Origin: a virus
Strand: one strand, 5' to 3'
Length of the DNA: 64,000 nucleotides
Virus record (IMG/VR): IMGVR_UViG_3300028800_000001
Coordinates: 263,296 to 327,295 of that record
Position numbers and translations under genes: made by a program. The notes under the pieces were generated by a model. That model was not told where the DNA came from and did not search any database. It worked only from the letters and a program-made list of their open reading frames with translations. Shown one piece after another: positions 16,627 through 25,983 of this stretch (its first letter is position 1; the number at the start of each line of letters is the position of its first letter).

Positions 16627-17440
16627 ACGCACCTTCCCTGTACGGGTTTTCCATCCCCAAATCAATGCCCTGCTCTTCTAAGTAGCGCGCCAAAAAGAAT
16701 GCGAGCACATCTGGATTTGCTTTGATCTCTTCACGGGCGCGTACTTCGCGCAGGCCACTCACCATCCAGGCAAATTCGGAAGGGGAACAAATGAGCACAA
16801 TTTGCCGAATAAGCCCATTTTCAAATTGCTCACGATTTTTGCTTGGAACACCTCGATAGACCGGTGGTGGAATATCTTCAACGACCCGTGGCAAATAGGG
16901 GGCCAGTGGTGCTTCTTCACCATCATCCTCGTCTTCTTGCTCTTCTGAAATCACAGAGAGATAGGAAGGTGTCACAGCAGGACGTACCATTTCAGGCAGC
17001 GCTTCAACAGTTTTTGGAATACTTGCGAGCAAGGTTTGCAACTCTTGTTCTGAAGAGCCCAGTGCATTCAGATCAAAACCGGCTTCATTTTGTTCACGAA
17101 GTAATTGCAAAAACATCGTTTGGTCTACGTTTTGCTCATTATGAAGTCGGTTATCGGCCACTAGATAGGCTTCCACTTCACGCGGTGACCAGTTCTTCGG
17201 CAAAATGTCGGCACGTAACTCATCCCACTGGAGATAGAGTGCCGCCTCGACCACACCATGACCGGCAACCAGCAAATAGCGCTCATCGTCTTGCTCCTGG
17301 CACACAATAGAGCGTACCTGTCCGAAGCGCTTGAGACTGGCTGCAAGGCGCACAATATCCGCATTGGTATGGATTTTATAGTTTTTAGGATGTGCTCGCA
17401 CTGCGGCAAGCGGAACAATCTTATTCGTTTTGAAGTGCAT
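16607..17440 (-). CDS. ParB-like N-terminal (ParB/Srx nuclease-fold) domain protein, copy 1 (277 aa)
   Basis: AAVRAHPKNYKIHTNADIVRLAASLKRFGQVRSIVCQEQDDERYLLVAGHGVVEAAL has the ParB N-domain pattern (xxYxLIAGHxRxxAA). Paralogues at 17710..18306 and 19141..19995. AT-rich promoter upstream. Confidence 0.6.
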   Translation of the reverse strand: MHFKTNKIVPLAAVRAHPKNYKIHTNADIVRLAASLKRFGQVRSIVCQEQDDERYLLVAGHGVVEAALYLQWDELRADILPKNWSPREVEAYLVADNRLHNEQNVDQTMFLQLLREQNEAGFDLNALGSSEQELQTLLASIPKTVEALPEMVRPAVTPSYLSVISEEQEDEDDGEEAPLAPYLPRVVEDIPPPVYRGVPSKNREQFENGLIRQIVLICSPSEFAWMVSGLREVRAREEIKANPDVLAFFLARYLEEQGIDLGMENPYREGAYGRSLH

Positions 17441-17462
17441 CTTCTCTTCCTCGGTGCGCAGT

Positions 17463-17522
17463 GAATTAATTATTTTTTCACGCTCTTCTCTTTTTTATTT
17501 TTTAAAAATAATTATTTATTTC
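17463..17522 (-). promoter_or_regulatory. AT-rich bipartite promoter/leader for ParB-like copy 1 (TAAATAATTATTTTT ... AAAAATAATTAATTCA-RBS GAGGAAG)
   Basis: Same paired AATTAATT elements as the four other copies. Confidence 0.4.
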
Positions 17523-17713
17523 TTTTCGCATTTACACTGTTGGAAGAAGGGGAAGCGCAACTCAGACTGCGAAACAAAGCTATGAAATACCAGTGCCCCG
17601 CCACAGCGTGTACAGATCAGGGCACACCAACCATGTGCAACATAGAAGAGCCGATCCCCTTGATGATAAATTCTGACTTCGCTATGCTTTTCGGTCAGTT
17701 CTCGCATACTCAT
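17516..17713 (-). CDS. small Cys-rich / zinc-ribbon-like protein (65 aa)
   Basis: ICTRCGG...QQCKCEKK. Confidence 0.3.
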   Translation of the reverse strand: MSMRELTEKHSEVRIYHQGDRLFYVAHGWCALICTRCGGALVFHSFVSQSELRFPFFQQCKCEKK

Positions 17714-18306
17714 CCTAGCCTCGTGATATCCACCAATGATAAGAGGACACGAAAACGCTCTGTGTCATCGGGCGCAACAATATGGCGCATGAGCCGTTCA
17801 TAGCGTTCTTTTATTTCTGGTGTAACACGCAAACGAATATACACTTCTTCTTTGGTTTCAAAAAAGATTTCCTGCTGTTCTAGCTTTGGCATACGGCTAT
17901 TTTGTAACAGCTTTTGTAGCTCACCATCATCGTAGCCTACAGAGAAGAGGTCAAACCCTTGCTGCTCTTGCAAGAGGTCAAGGAGCGCTACTTCATCATC
18001 TTCTGCCAGTTGGCTCAGGCGATTATCTGCTACCATGATTGCATTGATTTCAGTCGGTGCAAGATCTGGTGGCAAAATATCGATGTGTACCTCCTGTGCC
18101 CCTTCAGCACGCATTGCCTCCACCATTCCGTGTCCAGCTACAATAAGGTAGGTATTGGGCGCGCCTTGCTGCACAACAATACTACGGAATTGTCCAAAAC
18201 GCCGGTAACTGGCTTGTAAGTGTTTCATCTGTTTGGCTGGATGATGGCGATAATTGCCAGGGTGCGGATGTAGTTGCGTGAGGGCAACCCGTTTATTGGT
18301 GATCAT
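17710..18306 (-). CDS. ParB-like N-terminal domain protein, copy 2 (start adjusted to MITNKRVALTQL)
   Basis: LHPHPGNYRHHPAKQMKHLQASYRRFGQFRSIVVQQGAPNTYLIVAGHGMVEAMRA. The ORF-track start at 18468 would overlap the dioxygenase gene by 175 nt. Confidence 0.55.
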   Translation of the reverse strand: MITNKRVALTQLHPHPGNYRHHPAKQMKHLQASYRRFGQFRSIVVQQGAPNTYLIVAGHGMVEAMRAEGAQEVHIDILPPDLAPTEINAIMVADNRLSQLAEDDEVALLDLLQEQQGFDLFSVGYDDGELQKLLQNSRMPKLEQQEIFFETKEEVYIRLRVTPEIKERYERLMRHIVAPDDTERFRVLLSLVDITRLG

Positions 18307-19141
18307 GTTGCACCTTCTCAATGGTACTTTGTAATCGTTTTTCCTCACGCTCGGTACGCTTCTGGCGAATGCGTTGCATTTCTTGCCCAAGAGGCAAACA
18401 TTTCCACATACTTTGCAGTGAATAGTACACAATAGAGTAGCGATAGCCATCAGGGCGCGTTTGTGCAATAGGGGTTACCCCATGCAACAGGTTTTGTCCA
18501 TCGAACATGACCAGTGAATTATTTTTAACAGCAATGCCAAAGTTATATTCAGGAACCGACAAAAGACCACCACTGGTTCCTGCGCGAAAGACCAGCATAT
18601 TTGACCAGACGTGTTTGAAGTTTCCTGCATCAAAGTGATACGCCAGTGGGTTGTTTTTATTAATAATGCCAGAAGTAAAGACAGAGCGCTCAAGTGTCCA
18701 GTCTGGCAACACTTTTTCCACCTGCTGTTCGTGGTAACTATAGAGCTCTGGATTGTAGCGCTCGTAATAGGTTGCAACACGCTTTGCGTAGGACGTAATC
18801 AGGGCATGCGCCTGCGCACTATCGCGAGCCAGAGAAGAAACGGTACAAAAATCATCACGAATGGTGATGCGTGGACGAAAACCAAAGATACGACTTCGCG
18901 TCTTCATTCCACTGGTGCGCTCTTGCTCACGATACTCAATGCGCTTCAGGCAGTCAGTGATTGCACGACAATCATCATCGAGCTCTAGGTAGACAATAGA
19001 GACGCGTCCACTTTCTGCGTCGCGCACCACTGTAGACGTTTCAATGCGTTCTGCAAAGTCGGCTTCTGTGGCACTACGGAAGCGATAGGATTGCAAATCA
19101 ATGACACCGCGTGTGCGTGTCATCACCTGTGGCTCTTGCAT
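18293..19141 (-). CDS. 2OG-Fe(II) dioxygenase superfamily protein, copy 2 (282 aa)
   Basis: INKNNPLAYHFDAGNFKHVWSNM...LLHGVTPIAQTRPDGYRYSIVYYS shows the same HxD/H/RxS layout as copy 1. Confidence 0.55.
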   Translation of the reverse strand: MQEPQVMTRTRGVIDLQSYRFRSATEADFAERIETSTVVRDAESGRVSIVYLELDDDCRAITDCLKRIEYREQERTSGMKTRSRIFGFRPRITIRDDFCTVSSLARDSAQAHALITSYAKRVATYYERYNPELYSYHEQQVEKVLPDWTLERSVFTSGIINKNNPLAYHFDAGNFKHVWSNMLVFRAGTSGGLLSVPEYNFGIAVKNNSLVMFDGQNLLHGVTPIAQTRPDGYRYSIVYYSLQSMWKCLPLGQEMQRIRQKRTEREEKRLQSTIEKVQHDHQ

Positions 19142-19995
19142 TACGCCTCCACTGGCATTGGCTCAAGGGCATGTTCTTTGGCATAGAGCCGTAAGAACTC
19201 AGTAAAGACATCCGTATTGGTATCCAGTTGCCATTTTGCCCTGGCCTGTGAAAGGACATTCATCACCCAAATATATTCCTCTTGTGAATAAATCAGCACA
19301 ATCTGGCGAATAGTTGTGGTGTTATAGGTATGTAAGAAGTCTTGTGGAGTGGTGCCAATAATTTGTTCGGGGGCCGCAAAGACGGTGGTTCCTTTTTCGT
19401 CAGAAGTGGCAACGGTTCCTGGTGCATACACAGGGCTATAAGGTGCTGGCGTAAAAAGTGGATTATGCGGGGCTGGAGGACCATCATCCTCTTCCTCAAT
19501 ATATTCTTGATTGACACGCATGGACTCACGAATAGCGCTTTGCGCTTCTTCTTGTCCACCAAAGGCCATTTCCTCTAGCATACGTGCCATATCTTGCTCA
19601 GAAGTTCCTAGCGACAAAAGGTCAGCACCAATGGTAGCTTGCTCACGGAGTAGCGCGAGTAACTTCTCTTGATCATCGTGGCCTGCGTCGCTGAGCTTAT
19701 TGTCAGCAACCAGATAGCCAGAGACCATGCTGTCGTCCCAGGACGCAGGCAAGAGATCCGCACGTAGCTCTTGATAACCTAAACGGCGTGCCGCTTCGAA
19801 GACGCCATGACCAGCGACCAGCAAATAGGTACCATCAGGCTGTTCTTGACACACGATACTTCTGCCTTGTCCAAAGCGGGTGAGGCTAGAAGCAATATTG
19901 CGTAGTTGTGTTTCGGTATGGACACGATAATTCTTGGGATTTGGACGCACCGCAGAGAGGGCAATGCGATGGTTTTCTTTCAGCATTTCTATCAT
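19141..19995 (-). CDS. ParB-like N-terminal domain protein, copy 3 (284 aa)
   Basis: SAVRPNPKNYRVHTETQLRNIASSLTRFGQGRSIVCQEQPDGTYLLVAGHGVFEAARRL. The C-terminal RQIVLIYSQEEYIWVMNVLSQARA block is shared with copy 1. Confidence 0.6.
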   Translation of the reverse strand: MIEMLKENHRIALSAVRPNPKNYRVHTETQLRNIASSLTRFGQGRSIVCQEQPDGTYLLVAGHGVFEAARRLGYQELRADLLPASWDDSMVSGYLVADNKLSDAGHDDQEKLLALLREQATIGADLLSLGTSEQDMARMLEEMAFGGQEEAQSAIRESMRVNQEYIEEEDDGPPAPHNPLFTPAPYSPVYAPGTVATSDEKGTTVFAAPEQIIGTTPQDFLHTYNTTTIRQIVLIYSQEEYIWVMNVLSQARAKWQLDTNTDVFTEFLRLYAKEHALEPMPVEA

Positions 19996-20096
19996 AAAAA
20001 CTCCTCAAAATGACAAAGCCAGAGATAAGTGGATGTTTTTCTCTACTGAAAATTTGAGGAATTTTGTATAGGAGGATTGCTGCTAGTATAGCATAC

Positions 20097-20669
20097 CTAA
20101 GAAATAAACAAAAGAGAAAGAAGTGTTTCTACATTGCGCCGCAACTGTGTTGGAGTATCATTACGCAGGTGATAGCTTGGAATGGTGTGCTGATAGGCGA
20201 GAAAGACGTTGTTGATTTGGGTCTGGATACCTTTCACCCAACTCTCACTCTGGTTCCCTCTGGCCTTTCTCCGCAGCAATGCGGCCTCGCTACACAGTTC
20301 CACGAGCGTCACTTTCCCAGGAAAATTGGTTGAGAATAATTCAATACAAGAGCGCGTAAAGATGCGGCTTCCTTCAGCCAGCAACGTGTACTCTTCGAAA
20401 AAAGGATGCTGTAGCTTCTCGCACAGCGCTGGAATATCGCACAGCAGCGCGGTCGAGAGACGATCTGTCCCTGCAAAGACTTCGTTCTCTGCGTAGAGCC
20501 CAAGAAGAAGTACACGCGTCGAGGGATAGAGCTGCCCACGAACTGTACCACAACGAAACTGTGTACTGGCACAGGGGCCAAGGGCCGGAAGCAAACTGCG
20601 CACTGTGGTGGTTTTGCCAACTCCAGGCGCGCCGCCAAGAAAAACAAACGCTTTCACAAAAAACTCCAA
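20097..20669 (-). CDS. P-loop kinase-like protein (190 aa)
   Basis: Walker A FVFLGGAPGVGKTTT. Small-kinase size. No further family assignment possible. Confidence 0.5.
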   Translation of the reverse strand: MEFFVKAFVFLGGAPGVGKTTTVRSLLPALGPCASTQFRCGTVRGQLYPSTRVLLLGLYAENEVFAGTDRLSTALLCDIPALCEKLQHPFFEEYTLLAEGSRIFTRSCIELFSTNFPGKVTLVELCSEAALLRRKARGNQSESWVKGIQTQINNVFLAYQHTIPSYHLRNDTPTQLRRNVETLLSLLFIS

Positions 20670-20981
20670 GAAGAAGATAGATGTTTGGTGTTTTTTGTGA
20701 AGATGAATATTTTTTTCTCTAACCCCTCTATAGGACCAGTCTTATACAAGAGTAATAACAATCTAAGAAGATATATTACTTCTCTCAGTCTTACTCATAT
20801 ACCAGTCTTTAGAAGAGTAAGTAAGTATAGTAATAACTATATATCTTCTATAGTATATAGTCTTTCTTTTTTTTCGGCGCTCTATAAGCTATATTCTCCA
20901 AAAATCAGGACTTTATAAGAAAATCGAGACCAATTTTCACCAGTTTTGGGCGCATTTTCAAAACTCTCAGGAAAGTCGCAT
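20670..20981. repeat. AT-rich noncoding island with short direct repeats (CCAGTCTTA x3, AGAGTAA x2, TATAGTATATAG)
   Basis: Composition differs sharply from the flanking coding DNA, and no ORF lies here. Repeats: ccagtcttatacaagagtaa, cagtcttactcatatac, cagtctttagaagagtaagtaag. Confidence 0.4.
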
Positions 20982-21413
20982 CTAGTCCTCCCAACGTAAT
21001 TTCCAAACGTTCATACGACTTTTCTTTCCTTGTACCGTGGCCGAAAGGACAAAGCCCTGCGCACGATAGAATTTGTTGGCGTCAATGGTTTCAATCGCTT
21101 TGAGACTCACACAATGTTTTCCTGCCTGATGCGCGGCAAGAACGGTACGTGCTACCAGCATGTTTCCAATACCTTTGCGACGAGTATTTTGATCGACACA
21201 AAGATAGGAAAGCGTGGTTTGTTCGTCACGACGATGGTGAAAGAGCACAAAGCCCACCAGTTTTTCTTCTTCCCAGGCCGTAATAAGACTTTCATGCTTT
21301 ATTGCTTCAAAGTATTGTGGGTAGAGAATAAAGCCAAGCTCTTTTTTACTGGCAGAAGCAAGACGCGCAAGCAAAGGAACGTCTTCGTCACACGCGGGGC
21401 GTAGCGCAATCAT
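20982..21413 (-). CDS. GNAT family N-acetyltransferase (143 aa)
   Basis: Acetyl-CoA binding motif RRKGIGNMLVARTVLAAHQAG and ...NKFYRAQGF. Confidence 0.6.
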   Translation of the reverse strand: MIALRPACDEDVPLLARLASASKKELGFILYPQYFEAIKHESLITAWEEEKLVGFVLFHHRRDEQTTLSYLCVDQNTRRKGIGNMLVARTVLAAHQAGKHCVSLKAIETIDANKFYRAQGFVLSATVQGKKSRMNVWKLRWED

Positions 21414-22288
21414 ATGAGACTCCTCAATTGACTACAGAGCAGCGGTGCCATGCGTACTCCAGAGCCACCCATCGCAGGAGCATAATAGATGTCATCTTGT
21501 TTGTAGAGTTGTTTTTTGAGTGCCATTGCTGGCCTCCATCCTTCTATCAGGGGTTGCTCTTCTTCCGCAACCAGGACAAGATCACCGGTAAGCCGCGCAA
21601 AAAGTTCTTTCCAAAGCGCATACTTTGGCTCCATGCTGTAGCCTTTCAGTTTCTTTTGCGAGAGGGTAGAACTGCCTGCATAGTGATAGGGGGTATTCGG
21701 CACAAGATTGGCATAGGCAAACTGAAAACGATTCTCTCGTAAATAAAAGGTTGGCCGCGCTGGTGAGGCAATAAGCACTTCTTCAGAGACCAATAACTTT
21801 ACTTTGCGTGACCAGCCCCATACATAGTGATCGGCAATGCGAAAGCCATGTGAAATGATCTGTTGTGCGCCAGTAGGCACATCGTCAGTGCGCCGTTCGG
21901 CAAAAAAGAGCCGACTTTGCTCAACAAAGCGCTGAACATTGAAGTGATAACTTGGATACGCACCAAGATAGAGAGGTCCGATATGGGTGAGAATATCATA
22001 TTTGGCTCCATGTGGCGGATGTTTACTGGAAAACCAGAATGCGCCATTTTCACTCAGGCGTCCCAGGTGTGCCGTCCAGGGTGCGCCTCGCTGGTGCCAC
22101 TTTGACCAGCCATGGTAGGCTCGCATCTCTTCTGGCTCTCCGCTTGGATAGATGAGCCCTGTACTGGCTTTCCAGGCAACATGTTCCGCATCGATATCGT
22201 TCCAGGTAAATGCTTTTTTTGCGGCGAAGAGTTCCCAGGCAAAAAAGGCACCAAGAACGCCCATGCCATGTAAATGATAGTGTGTCAT
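21410..22288 (-). CDS. FAD-dependent oxidoreductase-like protein (292 aa)
   Basis: N-terminal dinucleotide-binding HLHGMGVLGAFFA (GxGxxG) and C-terminal YYAPAMGGSGVRMAPLL (G-G-x-G), typical of the DAO/glycine oxidase family. Confidence 0.45.
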   Translation of the reverse strand: MTHYHLHGMGVLGAFFAWELFAAKKAFTWNDIDAEHVAWKASTGLIYPSGEPEEMRAYHGWSKWHQRGAPWTAHLGRLSENGAFWFSSKHPPHGAKYDILTHIGPLYLGAYPSYHFNVQRFVEQSRLFFAERRTDDVPTGAQQIISHGFRIADHYVWGWSRKVKLLVSEEVLIASPARPTFYLRENRFQFAYANLVPNTPYHYAGSSTLSQKKLKGYSMEPKYALWKELFARLTGDLVLVAEEEQPLIEGWRPAMALKKQLYKQDDIYYAPAMGGSGVRMAPLLCSQLRSLI

Positions 22289-23190
22289 CGAAGAAGTAAG
22301 ACTCCTGTCTTTTTATAGAGTGTTTTGCGCACGCGGTCTGGCCCATTCCAGCCATGCACTTCTCCCAGGTAGGCATCAGGGAACAACTCAGCGCGTAAAC
22401 TAAAAAGTTCTTTAGCTTCTAGTGGAGAAAGCGTGTAAAGTTGCGCAAGCATTTGATCAATATCATGACCGATATAATAGCGTCCTTCATAGACGGCGTG
22501 AAAGTCACAGAGCATTGTTTCCAATTGTGCAATATGCAGCACGATATCATGTTTGTGTACACGGCGTAACAAATCTTCTCCTTGCTCGTCAAGTATGCGT
22601 ACTGCCTGTGGGGTGTTACCAACAACGGTGGGATAAAAGAGAGCAAGTCCTTGTCGTGGGCCACTAGAAAACTCATTGCCCATATTGGGTGCAACGAGCG
22701 GATAGTGATGCACACTCATGAGTATTTCACAGGTCTTATATGCAGCCCAGCGGCCATTGCCCCAAAAGCGTTGCAGGCGATCTGTGAGCGTTTGCCAGTT
22801 TGCATAGGGATCGCTACGGGACAATCCTTCTTGAAAAAAGGCCGTGAGACTTTCATAGGGGCGCGTGATTTCCTGCACAGAGAGCAGGTGCTTGCTGATA
22901 GTGCCGCCACGAAAGCCACGCCGTTCGGTCGCACAGGAGAGCCGCGCAAACTGCGCAGGCAGCGCACTGCGCACAGGAGTGTGAGGGTAGACGCGTGTTA
23001 CAGAACCAAGATGATAATAGCTGACGTAGAGTAGCGTATGCCAGAGCGCTTCTTCAGGAGTGAAGTGGCTGTAGAGTCGTTCAAGAAGTGGGTACACCGG
23101 ATCAACATCTTTGGTAAGCAACTGGGCATGACAAAAGGAAAGGAAATCTTGAAAAAGTTTATCTTCTGAAAAGAACATTGGATATTTCAC
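22285..23190 (-). CDS. hypothetical protein (301 aa) in the modification-gene cluster
   Basis: ORF track. Translationally coupled to the downstream FAD oxidoreductase gene (4-nt overlap). Confidence 0.45.
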   Translation of the reverse strand: MKYPMFFSEDKLFQDFLSFCHAQLLTKDVDPVYPLLERLYSHFTPEEALWHTLLYVSYYHLGSVTRVYPHTPVRSALPAQFARLSCATERRGFRGGTISKHLLSVQEITRPYESLTAFFQEGLSRSDPYANWQTLTDRLQRFWGNGRWAAYKTCEILMSVHHYPLVAPNMGNEFSSGPRQGLALFYPTVVGNTPQAVRILDEQGEDLLRRVHKHDIVLHIAQLETMLCDFHAVYEGRYYIGHDIDQMLAQLYTLSPLEAKELFSLRAELFPDAYLGEVHGWNGPDRVRKTLYKKTGVLLLR

Positions 23191-23282
23191 TTTCTAGCAG
23201 CGCGGAGAAGAGCGTAGCAGGGTTTGCCCACCATCGCCTGAGTATTTCACGCTTTGAAGAGGACAAACCCTGAAAACGCTTC

Positions 23283-23666
23283 TTATTGTGAAGGAAGCTG
23301 TACCGCAGGAGGATTGCCTGGAACACTAGGGATCACTCCTGTTGTGCCACTAGGCAGTGTTCCCTTGCCACCCACATCTTTCCAGAAACGTTGCTCGGCT
23401 GTTTCTACAACGGGCTCTGCGGCAATGATAACTGGAGTTGCGTCAGGGACATTGACTCGCAGGTAATGCAGCGCGCCATTGATAAAGGAGAAAACAGCAA
23501 GCGTTGCGCCTTGCGTGACAATCAGTTTGATATCGTTGCTGTTTGGGGCAAGCAGGAGTGTTCCAATGGCCTCCAAGAAAACGATAGCAGCGCTGATAGC
23601 AAGCTGTAAAAATGTGTGGATGAGTGCGGCCTTTTGAGCAGAAGACATATGCATCCCTTTCTTCAT
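23283..23666 (-). CDS. membrane protein (127 aa)
   Basis: TM segments LIHTFLQLAISAAIVFL and LAVFSFINGAL. Confidence 0.4.
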   Translation of the reverse strand: MKKGMHMSSAQKAALIHTFLQLAISAAIVFLEAIGTLLLAPNSNDIKLIVTQGATLAVFSFINGALHYLRVNVPDATPVIIAAEPVVETAEQRFWKDVGGKGTLPSGTTGVIPSVPGNPPAVQLPSQ

Positions 23667-23754
23667 ACAAATGAAAAAGTATCATGTTTTTTCTATGAAG
23701 ATTTAGGATATGTTCCTCAGTATACCGGACTTCAAGAAGAGGTGCAAGAGTGGG

Positions 23755-23958
23755 TCAAAAACCATGCTCTTTTGCTTGGCGCACATCCTCTTCGCTATAA
23801 ACAAAGGTTCCGGTAATTGTTGGATGCTGTTCACTATACTTTTTCATCAGCCGATCCATCGCTTTGCGTGCGATTTTATATGCTCTTGGTGTCGCGCCAG
23901 GATCATATAAGACTTTTCGCAATCGTGCCTGTTCTTCAAGAAATTCACGGTCGTTCAT
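23755..23958 (-). CDS. hypothetical small protein (67 aa)
   Basis: ORF track. Confidence 0.3.
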   Translation of the reverse strand: MNDREFLEEQARLRKVLYDPGATPRAYKIARKAMDRLMKKYSEQHPTITGTFVYSEEDVRQAKEHGF

Positions 23959-24098
23959 CAGGTTCTCCTCTTTTTAGTACTTTTTGTTTTGAGTATAGCA
24001 GCCGTGTCCTCCATCCCAGTTTTGAGTTTTCTCCAAAGTGGCTCTGATTTTATAATAGGATGGAAATTGGACAATATAGTAAATGAGATACGAAAAAA

Positions 24099-24629
24099 GT
24101 GCTAAAAAAAGAAAGTGAGACGGCTGTGAGCTGTACTGAAATTTACGTTGAACGAAAAAATGGAGATGTTGAACACTACGGTGATGCCCATAACGCCTGG
24201 GGTGGAGCGATGCATATCTGGATGACACTTAAAGAGCACTACGCCATCAGTGGTCGTGATCTCTTTGGTGGCTTTGAAGCGCTCTGGAGTCGCATTCAGG
24301 AATACGCACCAATGGATCAGTGGGTGCTGGCCTCCACCTTTGATGGAATGATCATTCCTGTCGAGACACTGGGCATTTTCCTTGGGCATCTCAAGAACTT
24401 CATCAAAGCGCATCCAACGGACACCTTAAAAGAAGAGTTGAGCATTCTCACGCGAGCGCTTAGTGACACAGAGGTGGTAGGCGTGTGCTTCAATCAGACC
24501 AGTGTCAATAGTAATCCCTGGTATGTCTACAATTCTGAAGAAGACGAAGGACGACCATACAATACGCAGCAGGACAGCGACCATCAGCGTTTAACGCCGG
24601 ACTACTTTACTACTTCTGAAAATACCTAG
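24099..24629 (+). CDS. hypothetical protein (176 aa)
   Basis: ORF track. First gene of the plus-strand block 24.1-33.5 kb. Confidence 0.4.
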   Translation: MLKKESETAVSCTEIYVERKNGDVEHYGDAHNAWGGAMHIWMTLKEHYAISGRDLFGGFEALWSRIQEYAPMDQWVLASTFDGMIIPVETLGIFLGHLKNFIKAHPTDTLKEELSILTRALSDTEVVGVCFNQTSVNSNPWYVYNSEEDEGRPYNTQQDSDHQRLTPDYFTTSENT

Positions 24630-24674
24630 AAAATTATTGACTTTTCCCGTGAAAACGGGTATACTGAGAGTACG

Positions 24675-25265
24675 GTGAGTGCTGTACTCTCCAGGTTGCA
24701 AGAGAGAAAAAAGATGTTTGAAAGCAATATGCACAGAGTGTACGGCGATGCCTACACCATCAGCGCCTCCTACCAATTGCAGGAAGATGGTCTCTATGTA
24801 CATGATCTGGACAAAGATGGCATACGACTCCTTTCTAGTGTGGAGATATCCACCATCAATACCTATCTGGATACGCATGTACGCGCCAAAGATTCTGTCA
24901 ACGACATCGCTTTTATGGGAAACCTTTCAGGCTACGCATATCAGAAACTTCGCTTAGAGCAGACGCAAGCAGACATGCCAGAGGTTGTAGCGGGGCGCTG
25001 GATTGTGACGTGGCCGTATCTTACCAGAACTCCCACGTCAGGCAGTCTTGCGGTGCGCCACGATCTTTTTTACGATTGGGTATGTGTACTCAAAGCCAGC
25101 AAGCCACAAGAAATTTTAGAGTATCTTGCAACGCATCTCTTACTCGATGAGCTGATTACCTTTCAGGAAGAGGAGGACGCCGTCTACGATTACCCGTCAT
25201 TTCACAAAGAGATACGAAGCAGGGAAAGAGAACGGCGCGTACAACGAAACGGCACTATCTTATGA
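24675..25265 (+). CDS. hypothetical protein (196 aa)
   Basis: ORF track. Confidence 0.4.
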   Translation: MSAVLSRLQERKKMFESNMHRVYGDAYTISASYQLQEDGLYVHDLDKDGIRLLSSVEISTINTYLDTHVRAKDSVNDIAFMGNLSGYAYQKLRLEQTQADMPEVVAGRWIVTWPYLTRTPTSGSLAVRHDLFYDWVCVLKASKPQEILEYLATHLLLDELITFQEEEDAVYDYPSFHKEIRSRERERRVQRNGTIL

Positions 25266-25597
25266 GTGATTACTACAACGAGTGCCTGGAGACGGTGAAG
25301 AACCGTTTTCCCGAATTGCTCTTTGAGCTCTATGACCGACGTGATCCGGTGTATCTGCGCAGCAATTTTGATACCATCGTACAGGGGATTGAGCATCTGA
25401 TGCCGGTTGGTGCTCAGGTCTGGACGCTCACCCTCGCAGAGGCGCAAAGCGTCACCGCAATTGGCTATCTAGAACTGATCAAGCGCAGCGACGAAACCGT
25501 TAAGATTGCTTTTATGGATGTTCCAGCACAGTATAAGCAACCAATTCTTGAGAGTCTTGCCCTGTTCTTTAGTATTCAGGAGTTGGAGAAACTATGA
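25262..25597 (+). CDS. hypothetical protein (111 aa)
   Basis: ORF track. 4-nt overlap with neighbours. Confidence 0.4.
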   Translation: MSDYYNECLETVKNRFPELLFELYDRRDPVYLRSNFDTIVQGIEHLMPVGAQVWTLTLAEAQSVTAIGYLELIKRSDETVKIAFMDVPAQYKQPILESLALFFSIQELEKL

Positions 25598-25896
25598 GCG
25601 TGTACGTTGATCCGCTTTTTACTACCACGCCAAAGGCGAATTGGGCGTATAAAAAAGCATGCCATATGACGGCTGACACTGAAGAAGAACTGCACGCAAT
25701 GGCAGAGCGTCTGGGACTCAAACGCTCCTGGTTTCAAAATCATCATCCACGCGCCGTCTTCTGGCATTACGATTTAACCGTAAACAAACGCAGGCAGGCC
25801 ATTGATTACGGAGCTGTTCCCATCACAGGGCAGCAAGTATTGGCACGTGTTCTGGCATACAACGAACGAGAACGAAAAGAGAAAGAAACGAATTAA
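25594..25896 (+). CDS. DUF4031-like protein (100 aa)
   Basis: YKKACHMTADTEEELHAMAERLGLKRSWFQ resembles the conserved CHM.AD...ELH.mA.r.G core of DUF4031. Confidence 0.45.
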   Translation: MSVYVDPLFTTTPKANWAYKKACHMTADTEEELHAMAERLGLKRSWFQNHHPRAVFWHYDLTVNKRRQAIDYGAVPITGQQVLARVLAYNERERKEKETN

Positions 25897-25949
25897 TTAA
25901 TTTTTCAACCTTCTTTTTATAAAAATAAAAAATAATTAATTATTTATTT
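25891..25949 (+). promoter_or_regulatory. AT-rich bipartite promoter/leader for the helicase gene (AATTAATTAATTTTT ... ATAAAAAATAATTAATTATTTATTT, then RBS AGGAGG)
   Basis: Fifth copy of the paired AATTAATT architecture, here on the plus strand. Confidence 0.45.
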
Positions 25950-25983
25950 CCAATCTTACTATGAGAAGGAGGATCTTTTTTTT

